Below are positions 1 to 12,929 of a stretch of DNA of 64,000 bases, in pieces. The number at the start of each line of letters is the position of its first letter. Position 1 is the stretch's first letter. A program made the position numbers and the translations under genes. Under the pieces are notes generated by a model. The model searched no databases and was not told the origin of the DNA. It was given only the letters and a program-made list of their open reading frames with translations. Origin of the DNA: Leucoraja erinacea (Eukaryota); contig NC_073396.1 of assembly GCF_028641065.1 (NCBI RefSeq), positions 18,228,001-18,292,000 on the forward strand, written 5' to 3'.

Positions 1-1300
1 CGTCAGGGTGCAGGATGTCGCAGGGACTGTCGCAGAACATTAAGGGGAGAAATAGGAAGATGGGATAGTTGAATCTGGGGCTCATGAGTTGGCGCAGGGG
101 GCAGGGATTCAGGTTTGTAGACCATTGGGATCTCTTCTGGGAAAGAGGTGACTTGTGCAAGAGGAACGGGTGGCATCCAAGATAGAGAGAGACCAGTATC
201 CTTGCAGGGAGGTTCATTAGTGCTACTCAGGGGTGGTTAAACTAAAGAGGCAGGGGGTGAGAACCAGAGTAGAAATTGGAAGAAGTGATGAGAAGGTAGA
301 GGGGTTAGGACAAGTAAGTCATAAGTGGAAAGACAGGGAAAGGTGAAGGAATATGGTGACGTTGATTGGCTGAAATGTGGTTATTTCAATGCGCGTATTG
401 TGGAGAAAGCAGATGTGCAGGGCAATTTTTTTAAGACAGAGGGCAGTGAGTGCCTGAAATACGCTTCTGGGGATGGTGGTTGAAACAAATATGTTAGTGG
501 CATTTAAAAGACTTAGTTCAGCATATCGATATGCAGGGAATGGAGGGGGTATGGGTTATATGCAAGTAGATCAGTGATCATCTTGGCATTGTGTTCAGCA
601 AAGACATTGTGGGCAGAAGGCCTGTTCTTTTGCTGTACTGTTCTATGTTCCAGGGAATGATTACTTTGATGGAAGTGAATTTTAGGTCCCCAAATAGTCT
701 GCTGGAATTAGAAGAGTAGATGTGCGGGGAAGTTGCAGGTAGCTGTAACAACAATAGGGCAGTATTTGTAGGAGTTTTTCTTATGTTGATTAATGGGAAT
801 TGGAATTTGTTCAATTTGTCAAAAAAAGCTTCCTTTATCAATATACAAAGACCTCTATAAGAGTATGCAACACTAGACCTCCTCTTAGGAAATGAGGCGG
901 CACAAGTGATTATGTGTCAGTGGGGAGCACTTTAGGACCAGTGACCATAATTACATTGGTTTTATAGCAGTAATGGAGAAATGCAGGACTAGTCCACAAG
1001 TTGAGGTCTTAAATTGCTGCAAGACCAATTGTAGAGGTATTAGGCAGGAACTTAGAGGTCATTTGGGGCATCTGTTTGCAGGTAAGGGGATGACTGGCAA
1101 GTGGGTGGCTTTCAAATGTAAGAAAGTAGGAGTACATGGGCAGCATGTTTCTCTTAGGGTGAAAGATGAGGAACGATATCCAACTTTACACCAGGATCTA
1201 GATCAATTGGGAAGGTCTGGCTAATGGAATTTAATGGAATTGGCTAATGTAATTTAACCCTGACAAGTGTGAAGTGTGAAATACAATACATGTATTTGGC
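1..1300 (+). mobile_element. Degenerate CR1 LINE fragments (ORF1 end, endonuclease, RT pieces); approximate bounds
   Basis: Translates to LKCGYFNARIV (~370-402, CR1 endonuclease start) and LDLLLGNE...GEHFRTSDHN (~873-951); many stops and frameshifts. Confidence 0.75.
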
Positions 1301-1343
1301 ATGTCACAACAGGGCAATACTTAGAGCAGGAGAGGTACAATAA

Positions 1344-1524
1344 AGGGCCTGTCCCACAGACAATTTTTAGGCGACTGCCGGCGACTATCATAGTCCTAGC
1401 AGGTCGCCGATAAACTGGCGACTGGACCCCCCCTTCGACATAAAATTTGAAATAGAATCATGACCATGTGGCGACAGCCTAGTTGCCTGTTGTCACCTAA
1501 AAAATCGCCTGTGTGACAGGCCCT
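1344..1524. mobile_element. PIF/Harbinger-type MITE
   Basis: TIRs AGGGCCTGTCCCAC / GTGTGACAGGCCCT, flanked by TAA at 1341-1343 and 1525-1527. Confidence 0.85.
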
Positions 1525-2660
1525 TAACATTTTTAAATATTTGGCCAGGTAAATGGATAGGAGAGTTTTAGAGGGATAATGGACAGGTAGCCTCATCCAG
1601 AACTTTAGGATACATGAGACCCATGGTGACATGGTAGTTTAGATTCAGAACTGGCTTCCTCATAGAAGACAGAGTAGTGGTACAAGGATGTCAGCCTTCC
1701 TGGAGGAATGTGTGCAGTGGTCTTCTGCTGGGTTCAGTGCTGGGACCTCTGTTATTAATATCTATGACTTGATGGGTCGGTTAGTAAGTTTGCAGACGAC
1801 ACAGAGTTTGGTAGAATTGTGGAGCGTGAAGAAGGCTGTCAAAGGATGTAGATCATTTACAGCTATGGGTGGAGGAAGGTTTTTTGGAATATAGGTCAAA
1901 TGTGGACTAGCTTGGATGGGGCTTCTTGGGCGGCGAGAACAAATTGGGCTGAATGCCATTTATTTGCTGCGTGATTCTACGACCCTGACTCAGTGCCTCT
2001 TTAACTCACTAGTTTGAATGGTTCAAGTTTAAATAGAACCGAATCTGACAATAACAAAGGTAAAATGCCAGGTAATTACCACACTACTAACTTTTGACAA
2101 TTTAACCAAGCTTATTATAGATCTGGATTGCATCGATAGTCAGCAATTAGTTTCAGGTCAGTACAATTGCTCATTAACCCATCATAACCTTGAGAGATAA
2201 TTTGATTACAATTGATTTGTTAGTACAAGGGGACACAGACAAATAAACAACAGGAAACTGCACCATTCTAAATGTCAAGGAATATTTGCGAAAAATAAAA
2301 AATAAAATTTTGGAAGGCATCACTAGGTACAATTCCTTCAATCTGCCTCCTTTAATTCCACAATAAATTCATTCAATGGCTCGTTTATGTACAGATGTGA
2401 TGATATTGAGTCCATTCTGGAGTCCAAAGCCTGTCAAGACTTTAAGCCCTATCTGTTATAAGCATCTAGAAGCTGCCTGACTATAGGGAGACTAGATTCA
2501 AAGATTCATTTATTTAACGTATTTGTCTCATTTCCCGAATGGGTTTAGCTGTCAATAATCACTACCTTGAGCATTGGGTTCCCCCTCTCATCTGAGGAGA
2601 TGCTTTGAGTAAACAAAGCTAAACATGTATGTATTTTTTTAAATAATAAGATGAAATTTG

Positions 2661-2892
2661 GGTGGCACAGTGGCGCAGTGGTAGAGTTGCTGCCTTACAG
2701 CGCCAGAGACCCAGGTTCAATCCTGACTATGGATGCTGTCTGTACAGAGGTTTGCCTTCTCCCTGTGACAACATGGGTTTTCTCTGCGTGCTCACACATT
2801 GCATAGACATACAGGTTTGTAAGTTCATTGGTTTTGGTATAATTGTCCCCGGTCGGTGCGGACTTGAGCATGTTTCCGCACTGTATCTCTAA
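2661..2892 (+). mobile_element. tRNA-derived SINE (HE1/V-SINE-like)
   Basis: A box TGGCGCAGTGG and B box GGTTCAATCC, then the body GGTTTG..CTTCTCCCTGTGAC..TGGGTTTTC that recurs many times in the window. Confidence 0.8.
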
Positions 2893-3429
2893 AGTAGTAT
2901 AAAATTCTGCAAAGGTTACAAAGTCTAAAATTTACAAAGGATTTGCAAAACTGAAATGCCATTCTTACAATACTAGAAAAACATACCAATGAATTGCAGA
3001 CGAACAAGTCACATGTTAATGACATAGGCATTCTGTGCCTTAACATTGTTCCTTTAAACATGTTAACTCTGAAAATAACCTACATTTTTCTATTTTTTAT
3101 ACCATTTTTCAGCTAACTGCATCATCTATATGCAAGGGTTACATTTCCCAAATCAAGCGGGTGGCATGACCTAACTATGTTGAGGTGGACCTTATCTTTT
3201 CTTTTATTAACACCATATTCCTTCTAAGGTAACTGTGTGCCTTTTGGCTTTCTTCTTTCTTTGGTCCTTGGTACAGGAGGATTTATTCTGAAAGGCATGA
3301 TGGGTCAGTAATATATATATATATATCTTGATAGTGGGAAAGATTCCACATATTAATCCACAATAAACCTTTTGAACCTAGTCAATCTCGGGTGCTGGCT
3401 GAAACATCTTTCAACTTCAGCTGTTAAGA

Positions 3430-4160
3430 TCAAGTTCAAGTGAGTTTATTGTCATGTTTCCCTGTATAGGACAATGAAATTCTTGCTTTGCTTAAGCACA
3501 CAGAACATGGTAGGCATTTACCACAAAACAGATAAGTGTGTCCATATACCATAATATAAATATATACACACATGGATAAATAAACTGATAAAGTGCAAAT
3601 AACAGAAAATGGGTTCATAATAATCAGAGTTTTGTCCGAGCCAGGTTTAATAGCCTGATGGCTGTGGTGAAGTAGCTATTCCTGAACCTGGTTGTTGCAG
3701 TCTTCAGGCTCCTGCACCTTCTACCTGAAGGTAACAGGGAGATGAGTGTGTGGCCTGGATGGTGTGGGTCTTTGCCAGCCTTTTTCAGCGACTACGATAA
3801 ATCCCCTCGATGGAAGGACGGTCAGAGTCGATGATGGACTGTGCAGTGTTTACTACTTTTTGTAGTCTTTTCCTCTCCAGGGCGCTCAAATTGCCGAACC
3901 AAGCCACGATGCAACCGGTCAGCATGCTCTCTACTGTGTACCTGTAGAAGTTAGAGAGAGTCTTCCTTGACAAACCAACTCTCCGTAATCTTCTCAGGAA
4001 GTAGAGGCGCTGATGAGCTTTCTTGATAATTGCATTAGTGTTCTCGGACCAGGGAAGATCTTCAGAGATGTGCACACCCAGGAATTTGAAGCTCTTGACC
4101 CTTTCAACCATCGACCCGTTGATATAAATGGGGCTGTGGGCTCCCATCCTACTCCTTCCA
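3430..4160 (-). mobile_element. Rex1/Babar-like LINE 3' fragment
   Basis: ORF 3785-4147 contains FKFLGVHISEDL..KKAHQRLYFLRRLRR..ESMLTGCIVAWFG, the typical RT C-terminal region, followed by a 3' UTR with AATAAA on the minus strand. Confidence 0.85.
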
Positions 4161-4184
4161 AAGACTGATTGAAAGATACTGCCG

Positions 4185-4428
4185 AGTTATCGCCGATCAT
4201 CATTCACCTGTTCATACTAGTTCTATGTTATCCCACGTTCGCATTTACTCCCTACACACTTGGGGCAATTTACCATGGCTAATTAACCTACAAACTCGCA
4301 CATCGTTTGAATGTGGGAGGAAACCCATGCAGTCACGGAGAACAAACAAAAGTTGCAGACAGCATTCAAGGTCAGGATTAAACTTGGGTCTCTGGTAAAA
4401 TGAGGCAGCAGCTCTACCAGCTATGCCA
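4185..4428 (-). mobile_element. V-SINE-like SINE
   Basis: Reverse complement of the family at 2661-2892. Confidence 0.7.
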
Positions 4429-5055
4429 ACCATCGATGTCATGCAAAGATTCCTCCCATGAGCAGATTCTCACTCAATCAGTTGTTCTAATATACTACCG
4501 GTACTAGAGGAGCTCTCCTTGATCGAATGCTCAAGGGAGTCATCGAATGCCTCTCAATAAGTTTCTGTGTGATCATGTTTTATTGCTGTAGGCATCCTAG
4601 ATGCACACATCTCTCAAAATCTGAGAATATTATTGTCCCTACGTTTGTCATTTTAAAACTGCATGATAACAATGCACAAATGTTAATATAATCAGTCAAT
4701 TTTAGTTAATCTTTAATATTTTTCCTCATGAAATTCTTGTTTTCTTCTAATCTTCAAAATAATTCAAGTTTAGATTACAGTTGTTGTTACCAATAATTCA
4801 TCTTGTCAGATGGTGATGTCATATGTTGAGCCAAAGTAATTAATTCCTTTTTCACAGGAGTGTTCATATTTTTTTGCATGTTGCTTAGGATTCATTATTT
4901 GAATTTCCTGAAAATAAGTCCTGTAAACAAACTACAGATTATCATTTAATTAAATTGTGCACTTTAATCATTTGTACAAGGATTAGTAACCTATGTTTAG
5001 GTTGAAAAGATCAAAGTTACAGAATTCATCAGTGTAAGCTTGAGGTAAAACAGTC

Positions 5056-5450
5056 ATAGAGAGAATGGAACGGCTGGGCTTGCATACTCTGGAGTTTAGG
5101 AGGATGAGAGGATATCTTATTGAAACATATAAGATTATTAAGGGTTTGGACATGTTAGAGGCAGGAAACATGTTCCCGATATTGGGGGAGTCCAGAACCG
5201 GGGGCCACAGTTTAAGAATAAGGGGTACGCCATTTCGAACGGAGACGAGGAAACACTTCTTCACACAGAGAGTTGTGAGTCTGTGGAATTCTCTGCCTCA
5301 GAGGGAAGTGGAGGCTAGTTCTCTGGATACTTCCTAGAGAGATCTAGATAGGGCTCTTAAAGATAGCGGAGTCAGGGGATATGGGGAGAAGGCAGGAACG
5401 GGGTACCGATTAGGGATGATCAGCCATGATTACATTGAATAGCGGTACTG
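5056..5450 (+). mobile_element. CR1 LINE 3' end, relatively young
   Basis: ERLGLHTLEFRRMRGYLIETYKI..RTGGHSLRI..FFTQRVVSLWNSLP; closely similar to copies at 19727-20310 and 32583-32780. Confidence 0.9.
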
Positions 5451-5454
5451 CCTC

Positions 5455-5915
5455 CTAGGCATATGTGGGAAGGATTGATTGGCTCAAGGGAGCGCCACGC
5501 CAACCCAAAAGTCGAGCCGGGAAGCGCTGACAACCTCTCCCCCCACACGTGGGTGGGAGGGAGTGGCTGAGGTTAGGGAGTAATTGAGGGTAGGGGAAAG
5601 GAGAGGGAGGGAGAGAAGGAGGGAGTGGAGGAGGTGAGAGGAGACAAGAGGGAGGGTGAAGAGGATGGGAGGGAGTGTTGTGGGTGTGAGGGGAAATGAG
5701 CCGCACCTGCGCAGTTGGGAGCTATGGGTGAGTGGTGGAATATTGTGTTGGGCGAACGGGTTACGTTGGGGGAATGGGTGATGGAGGTGATTGGCTCTGG
5801 GGGGAGCCTGTCTCCGCCACGTCATCCGGGGACCAGCCCTCCCTTGTAACGCTGTGCCCCCCCCCCCCCCCCCCCCGCATTGGGGACAGGGCCCAACTGA
5901 TCGCACTTGGTCTAG
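5455..5915 (+). mobile_element. Non-autonomous Helitron 3' portion; 5' bound approximate
   Basis: Ends GGGCCCAACTGATCGCACTTGGT-CTAG|T (degenerate hairpin plus CTAG). Subterminal block GGTGAGTGGTGGAATATTG is shared with ~6758-6780 and with the minus-strand copy at 52098. Confidence 0.65.
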
Positions 5916-6823
5916 TATGTTTTACTAAAACTCTCATCTTGTTTGTGATTCTGTGTGTCTGCATGGGTTCGTGCGTGCGTTAGTGCGTGCATATGTGCTC
6001 CCCGAACTACGCCAAAAGATAGCACTACACGATAACGCTACAATTTTTGGACCACCTTACTCACAATTGTCTTGTGGTATGTTTTTATCAAGCTTTGTTC
6101 TGATTGATGTTATATTTTACAAGTTATTCACAATATCTTTACAAAATCCAGTGTGAAGATGAAGTTGCAGCTGCAGTTAGCAGCTATGACATCACAATGA
6201 GATCTCATTTACATAAACTGCCCCTCATCAGCGTTGCACTGGTAGTTACCAGCATATGACGTCACAATGGGATCTCATTTATATAAACTGCCCATCAACA
6301 GTGTTCCACCCAGTGCAATGAGAGATTTGTTACATTTTTGTAAGGAGAGGGGGGGGGGGGGGAGTGGGAGAGGGGAGGAGGAGAAATGTTATTTAAACAT
6401 TGTGTTTAGTGGGGGAGTGGGATGAGGGAGAGGTGAGAAGTGGGAAGCAGGGAGATAGAGGGAGAGGAAGCGGGTAGGGAGGGGAGAGAGGTTATGGAGG
6501 GAGGGAGTGACTGAGGGTAGGGGAAAGGCGAGGGAGAGGTGAGGGAGGGAGTGCAGCAGGGGAGGAGAGGGGAGAGAAAATGGAGGGTGAAGAGGAGGGG
6601 GGGGGAGTGTTGGAGGATGAGGGGGAATGGAGGATAGGGGTAGGAAGAGGGATGGCGAGGCGCAGTTGGGGAGGGTTGCCGTGACTCGCATCACAACAGG
6701 GATCTCTGGCGTCACAATGGGAACCCGTCAGTCACGCCTGCGCAGTTGGGGGCTATGGGTGAGTGGTGGAATTTTGCATTTGGGGACCAGCCCTCCTGTG
6801 TGACATGGACCCACTTGGTCTAG
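5916..6823 (+). mobile_element. Non-autonomous Helitron
   Basis: 5' TTACTAAAACTCTCATCTTG is homologous to the 5' end of the 52098-53604 element; 3' end is GGACCCACTTGGT-CTAG|T. Confidence 0.7.
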
Positions 6824-8159
6824 TATTATATAAAGAGATGCCCATATCAAAAAGATATACGCAAAGTACCCAAAATTGATGAGTAACAATGTTTGGCGGC
6901 TCTTCTGTCAGCAAAATTGTGTCAATAGACCGATTATTTGCAATAGACACATAAAGACCTTCCTCAAGATGAGGTGAGAATCATTCATATCCGGAACCAG
7001 CAATGGTGATCCTGAAACCAACAATGATCAGGACCAGGAAGAAAGAGCAAGAATGGCACGATAAGGATTGTGGCTGCTCTTAACTCTTCCATGGAAGAGG
7101 ATGAACCTGAGGAACAGGTGGAAGTGGAGGATGTGACAGTGTATGCCAAAGCAAACATATGGGAGGTAATCTATGATACCAAAGGAGAAATATTGGATAT
7201 TCAGGTCAGAGGAGTGACCATGGTTATAAGCAGATGTCATCAAACATCAGTCCATCAAGGCTTCAGCATTTCAACAGGATGAGCACTATATTAAAAAACG
7301 ATTCCAATGGCTGCAGGGGAAACACCAAATAAATATTCAATCCAGCTAACTCACCCAGAGGCTGTGTTTGTCACTACAGAGTAGCCACTACAAGCTGGCT
7401 ACTTCTGGAAATGTCTTTGCTTCTAGACCATTAACTCAGTCAAGGACTTGATATGAGTCTGCAAAGGAAACTTGCAAAAGGAAGTGTCTTGTGTGTCTAA
7501 TCGTTTCAGGAGCATTATATTTGGTAAAGGTGACAAGTCATTTTGTAGCACACATGTGGGCCACGATGCTGGTTATAACTGTGATCTCTGCATTCTGAAC
7601 AATAGGGGTCATTAAATTTGATTTGTGAGGAAATGAGCTGATCAACTATTTTAAGTGGCACCACAACAAATGAATCTCTACTCGTGGTGCGCGCCACACT
7701 CCAAGTGTGAGATTACAGGACTCGTTGCACGGTGAAATGGTCATCATCCCATATGACCCATTACCAAATCCATGAATATTTCTTTAATCACCAAGAACTT
7801 GAAATAGCTGTGACAGCACTATCAAAGTATTCCCACTTTGAAGAATTTCTGACAATTACCTTGCCAGAAGCAAGAATTAAGGGTTCAAGTGTGTTTGAAC
7901 AAGAAATAGGGGCAATTTTCTGACATTTAAATTGTCATTTTTTGCAGATCTCTTGGATTGAGTATTTTCTGAAATGTTGTTGAAGGGCGTTGTGCCAGAT
8001 GATGCAATTTCTGTGGTACATGCAGCGTTATCTGCTAAAAGATCATATGATGTGTAAAACAGCACATTATTATAATAAGCATAAAGATCAAATGGTGTAA
8101 AAATAACATTTCTTTATGGAATGTGGACCTTTCTTATTCCACAATCTTATTCTTATTAA

Positions 8160-8615
8160 CACAATTGGTACAAATTGGCAACAACATTTCCTCCTCGAGA
8201 TAACCATCAGCACAGGAACACCTCAAGGCTGTGTGGTCAATCCCCTGCTCTATTCATGCTTTATCCGTGACTGTGTAGCCAAACACATTTCCAGCTCCAC
8301 CTTTAAATTCGCCGACAAAACCACCTTTGTTGGACGAATTGCAGGTAATGATGAATCAGTGTATGACGGAGATTGACTGGCTGATTGAATGGTGCCAGGA
8401 CAACAACCTTGCTCTCAAGGTCAGTAATACCATGGAAGTGATTGGTGACTTTAGAAGAGCAAGGCTGAGAATCCACAAACCTGCCTTTATCGACGGGTCG
8501 GTGGTGGAGTGAGTTAACATCTTCAAGTTCCTGGGCATGCATATCTTTGAAGATGTCCTAGACCCAGCACATTTATGCAGTCATAAAGAAATCCCACCAA
8601 CGCATCTACTTCCAT
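8160..8615 (+). mobile_element. Rex1/Babar-like LINE RT fragment
   Basis: ISTGTPQGCVVNPLLYS..FKFADKTTFVGRI and EWCQDNNLALKVS. Confidence 0.8.
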
Positions 8616-8619
8616 GGAA

Positions 8620-9210
8620 GATTGAGATATATCCTAGGACACTTTGAGCAGCTAGAGAGGAAATTGCAGGTGCCCTGGCTGAGATTTATGTCATCATTAA
8701 ATGCGGATGAGGTACGGTTAGAGTGTAGGGTGGCAAATGTTGTACATCTATTTAAGAAGGGCTGCAGGGAAAAGCTTGAGAACTATAGGCCAGTGAGTCT
8801 AATATCACTGGTCGGAAAGTTATAAAAGAGTATTCTGAAGGATAATGTATTTAGATGGACAGAGGCTGATTAGGAATAGTCAGCAAGGGTTTGTACGTGG
8901 GAGATCGTATCTCACAAATCCGATAAGAGTTTTTGAAGATGTAACCAAAAAGGTTGATGAATCCATAGCATTCATGGATTTCAGCAAGCCATTTGTCAAG
9001 GTTATGCATGGTAAGTTGCTCTGGAATGTTAGATACATAGGATCCAAGGAGAGCTAGCCCGCTGGATGGAAAATTGGCTTCATGGAAGGAAGCAGAGGGG
9101 GATGGTGGAAGGTTGTTTTTCCAGAGGTCTGTGATTATTCATATGCCTCAGGGGTCGGTGCTGGGCCCATTGCTGTTTGTCAGCTATATCAACGATTTGG
9201 ATGACAATGT
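8620..9210 (+). mobile_element. CR1 LINE RT fragment
   Basis: ANVVHLFKKGCREKLENYRPVSLISLVGK, SQQGFVRGRSYLTN, PQGSVLGPLLF. Confidence 0.85.
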
Positions 9211-10660
9211 AGAATTGAACTGAACTGAATTGAATTGAATACATTTTATTAGACAAGAATACATACAAGGAATTTGCCTTGGTGCTTTGCTCGCAAGGAT
9301 AACACGATATACAGTAGACAATTAAAAATAAAATATTATAATTTAAACATGTGAAAAATAAAATAAAATACCAGAGCAAGAGGCTAGACTTTTTCGCTGT
9401 TGAATAGAGCTACTGCATGGAAAAAAAAGTTTTTATATCTGGCTGTGGCGGTTTTGACTGTCCGGAGTCGCCTTCCAGAGGGAAATGCTTCAGTTTTTGT
9501 GGCCAGCATGTGTGGGGTCAGAGATGATCTTACCCGCTCACTTTCTGGCCCTTGCAGTGTACAGTTCATCGATGAGGGGAAGGTTGCAGCCACAACATTC
9601 TCGGCTGATCGAACGATGCGCTGCAGACTCTGGGTGTCATGCTTGGTAGCTGAGCCAAACCAGACCATGATGGAGAAGGTGAGGACAGACTCTATGATGG
9701 CAGTATAAAACTGGACCATCATTGCCTGTGGAAGATTGTTTTCTCAGGTGCCGCAGGAAGTACATCCTCTGTTGGGCCTTTTTGACTGTGGAGTCGATGG
9801 TGGCCTCCCATTTAAGGTCCCTGGAGATGATGGTTCCAAGGAACTTAAATTACTCCATAGATGTGACTGGGATGTTATTGATGGTGCGTGAGGGGAGGGG
9901 AGGGGGAGCTCTCCTAAAGTCTACAGTTAATTCAATTGTCTTAAGAGCATTGAGCTCCAGGTTGTTGCGATGGCATCAGGACGCCAGCTGTATCACTTCC
10001 TGTCTGTAGACAGATTCCTCCTCATCCTGGATCAGTCCAATCAGGGTTGTGTCATTCACAAACATGAGATGCTTGACAGAGAAGTCTGTGGAGGTGCAGC
10101 CGTTTGGTGTAGAGTTAAGGAGAGGGGAGAGTACGCAGCCTTGTGGTGCTCCTATGCTGAGGGTCAGCGGGTCTGAGATGTGCTTTCCCAGCCTGTCTGT
10201 CAGGAAGTTGGTGATCCACTGACAGAGGGGTTCAGAGGCACAGTCAACTGTGAGAGTTTGGAGTGTAGTACCTCTGGCACAATGGTGTTGAATGCAGAGT
10301 TAAAATCCACGAACAAAATCCTTGCATAGGTCCTCTAGTGGTCTCAGCACCTCATCAGGAGGATGAAGTGCAGGCCTAGGTTGACTGCTTCAAATATTGG
10401 CCCGGTATGCAAACTGCAGGGGGTTTGTGATATTTTTCAGGTGGGCCAGCACAAGTCTTTCAAGGGTCTTCATGATTATAGAGGTCAGTGCGACAGACCT
10501 GTAGTTATTAAGACCAGTAATCCTTGGCTTTTTGGGTACAGGAACAATAGTGGAGACTGGCGGGGACAGTGCAGGTTTGCAGGGACTGATTGAAAATGTC
10601 TGTGTAGACTGGTGCCAGTTGTTCCGCACAGAGCTTGAGGGTAGCAGGATTGCAGCAGAA
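9211..10660 (-). mobile_element. Rex1/Babar-like LINE 3' region with (GAAYT)n tail
   Basis: PVPKKPRITGLNNYRSVALTSIIMKTLERLVL..PLQFAYRAN and FYTAIIESVLTFSIMVWFGS; pentamer tail at 9211-9240. Confidence 0.85.
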
Positions 10661-11573
10661 TCTTGATTGGTTGGGCAAAATTCCCATTTCTTCTATCCTT
10701 ATCTGACATATTTTGTTTTTTCATCTCTGGCTGTCCAAACATCTGCCTATCAAAACCCCCTCACACCTGCATCCGCCCACAAAAAGCTGGAGTAACTCAG
10801 CATGTCTAGCATTATCTCTGGAGAAAAAGAATAGGTGATGTTTGAGGCCGAGAACTTTCTTCAGACTGAATCATGGAAAGGGAAACGAGAGATATAGAAG
10901 ATATATAGAACAATGAAATATATGCAAAAAGCAACAATGACCAAGGAAAGGTGGAGCCCACAATGGTCCATTGTTGACTGTAGGGAAGGTGATAACAAGT
11001 TATACAGACAGTGTAACTCAACATAACGATAATGAAACTAGTACAGCGACAGGGTGGGAGAGATATGGAAAGAGAGGGGGTGCAAGGGTTACTAGAGAAA
11101 TCAACATTCATACCGCTAGGTTGTAAGCTGCCCAAGTGAAATATGAGGTGCTGTTCCTCCAATTTACATTTGGCCTCACTCACAATGGGGGCCCAGGACA
11201 GAAAGGTCAGTATGGGAATGGGAATTAAAGTGTTTGGCAACCAGGAGATCGGATAGGCCAAGGCGGACTTAGCAAAGGTGTTCAGCGAAACGATCTCACC
11301 GATATATAGGGAGTCTATACCTGGAACAGCGGATACAGTAGATGTGGTTGGAGGAGGTGCAAGTGAAACTCTGCCTTATCTGAAAGGACTGCCGGGGTCC
11401 CTGGACAGAGTCGAGGGAAGAGATATAGGTGTTGGAAGGTACCTGCGGAGTGGATAGTTTTGGGGGGGGGGGGGGCAATTTAGCAGGTCAGGCAGCATTC
11501 CTGAAGAAAAGGAATGGTCCATAATCCCAGATCAGAATCATTCTTCAGAAGTGTCCCAACCCGAAACATCATC
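10660..11573 (-). mobile_element. Penelope-like element fragment (GIY-YIG endonuclease plus pseudo-LTR)
   Basis: FTCTSSNHIYCIRCSR and KLEEQHLIFHLGSLQPSGMNVDFS; degenerate hammerhead-like motif at 10837-10864 (-). Confidence 0.8.
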
Positions 11574-12429
11574 TAGGTATGTTACAAAACCTACCTTGTT
11601 CGTCATTGGGAATCTGCCCGCAGCCATGTCCGCGATTTTGGCGCTGTTTGGAGGGGGCGGGTTTAAAACGCAGATGTTCAGCCTAGTAAATCATTAACGA
11701 AAAATCGCTGCAAGACCCGGTCGCAAAAGGTATTATTAGTTTTATAGGCCTCGATAATATAGTTCTAATAGTTCTCTAAAAAACTGATGTTTCATTCCGC
11801 AACCTCTCTTCAGCCCCTGGGTTTTGGAGAGCAAACAATTAAAGGTATGTATCTTATTTTAATTAAATGGGGCATAAAAGCATAATGACCCTATATATCA
11901 AGTTATCTATAGCGAGTAGACTGTATTTTGGGCTTTTTATATCCCGCAGTATTTTTCAACGGCATTTGAGGAAACTAATCCAGCGCTATGGGTCAAGAGT
12001 TCTAAACCAGCGCGTTCCACATGAACCCACTAGAAAGCCGATTTAAATGGGCATTTATTTACAGCAATTGAACACTAAATTCCTTCCATTTGGCCTATAA
12101 ATTAATGTAAATTAGATATAAAAATCATGTTATATTGTGAATTATTTGTGAATAATCTTTGGACACTTAGGCTATTGAAAAATGTTAAAACTTCTCACTT
12201 ATAGAAATGGAGTCTTTTGATTATCCGGATCACAGCTTTTTTGTAATGTCCATTGAAAATCAATAGGGAACAAGATGCTAATTTCCGAGTATGAAAATGG
12301 TCATAACTTCTTTAATACTTGAGATATGAAAGTGAATTTGGTGTCAAATTAAACTTATTGTTATGCTTTATCTGATGGGATAAATTGCAGACTTGATTAT
12401 TTAAATCTCAAAATTTTGTAACATTGCTA
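11574..12429. mobile_element. Non-autonomous TIR DNA transposon with TAG..CTA ends and 7-bp TSD
   Basis: TIRs TAGGTATGTTACAAAA / TTTTGTAACATTGCTA (14/16 match); CATCATC at 11567-11573 and 12430-12436. Confidence 0.8.
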
Positions 12430-12929
12430 CATCATCCATCTTTACTCTCCATGCAGATGCTGCCGAGTCATTCCAGCACTTTGTGTCTTGTTTTCTAATC
12501 TTACATCACATCTTCTGAATTTCAAGGTTTAAAACAGTTTCTCATTGATGCAACTCGAAAAAAGACAAACTGCTGGATGGATGACTTTTCGGGATGGGAC
12601 GCTTTTTTCTCTCTCCCTCCTCCACGAACTATCTTTGATCGGGCTTTACTGACTTTATCTTGCACTGAACGTTATTCAACTATCTGTACACTGTGAATGG
12701 CTCGATTGTAATCATGTATTGTCCTTCTGTGTGATTAGCACGCAACAAAAAAAAATTAAACTGTATCTCGGTACACGTGACAATAAACTCAACTCAAACA
12801 TTAAATAAACCAGGTAGATAGATGGGAAAAGCTTAGAAAGATACAGGTCAAACGCAGCTCTGGTAGACGATTTGGTTGGCATAAACGCGTATGGCCCTTC
12901 CCGGGCTGTACCACTCACTGACCAAAAAC

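Noticed and set aside
2661-2735. tRNA gene
   Set aside because: The A/B boxes continue into a SINE body repeated many times; it is a SINE head.
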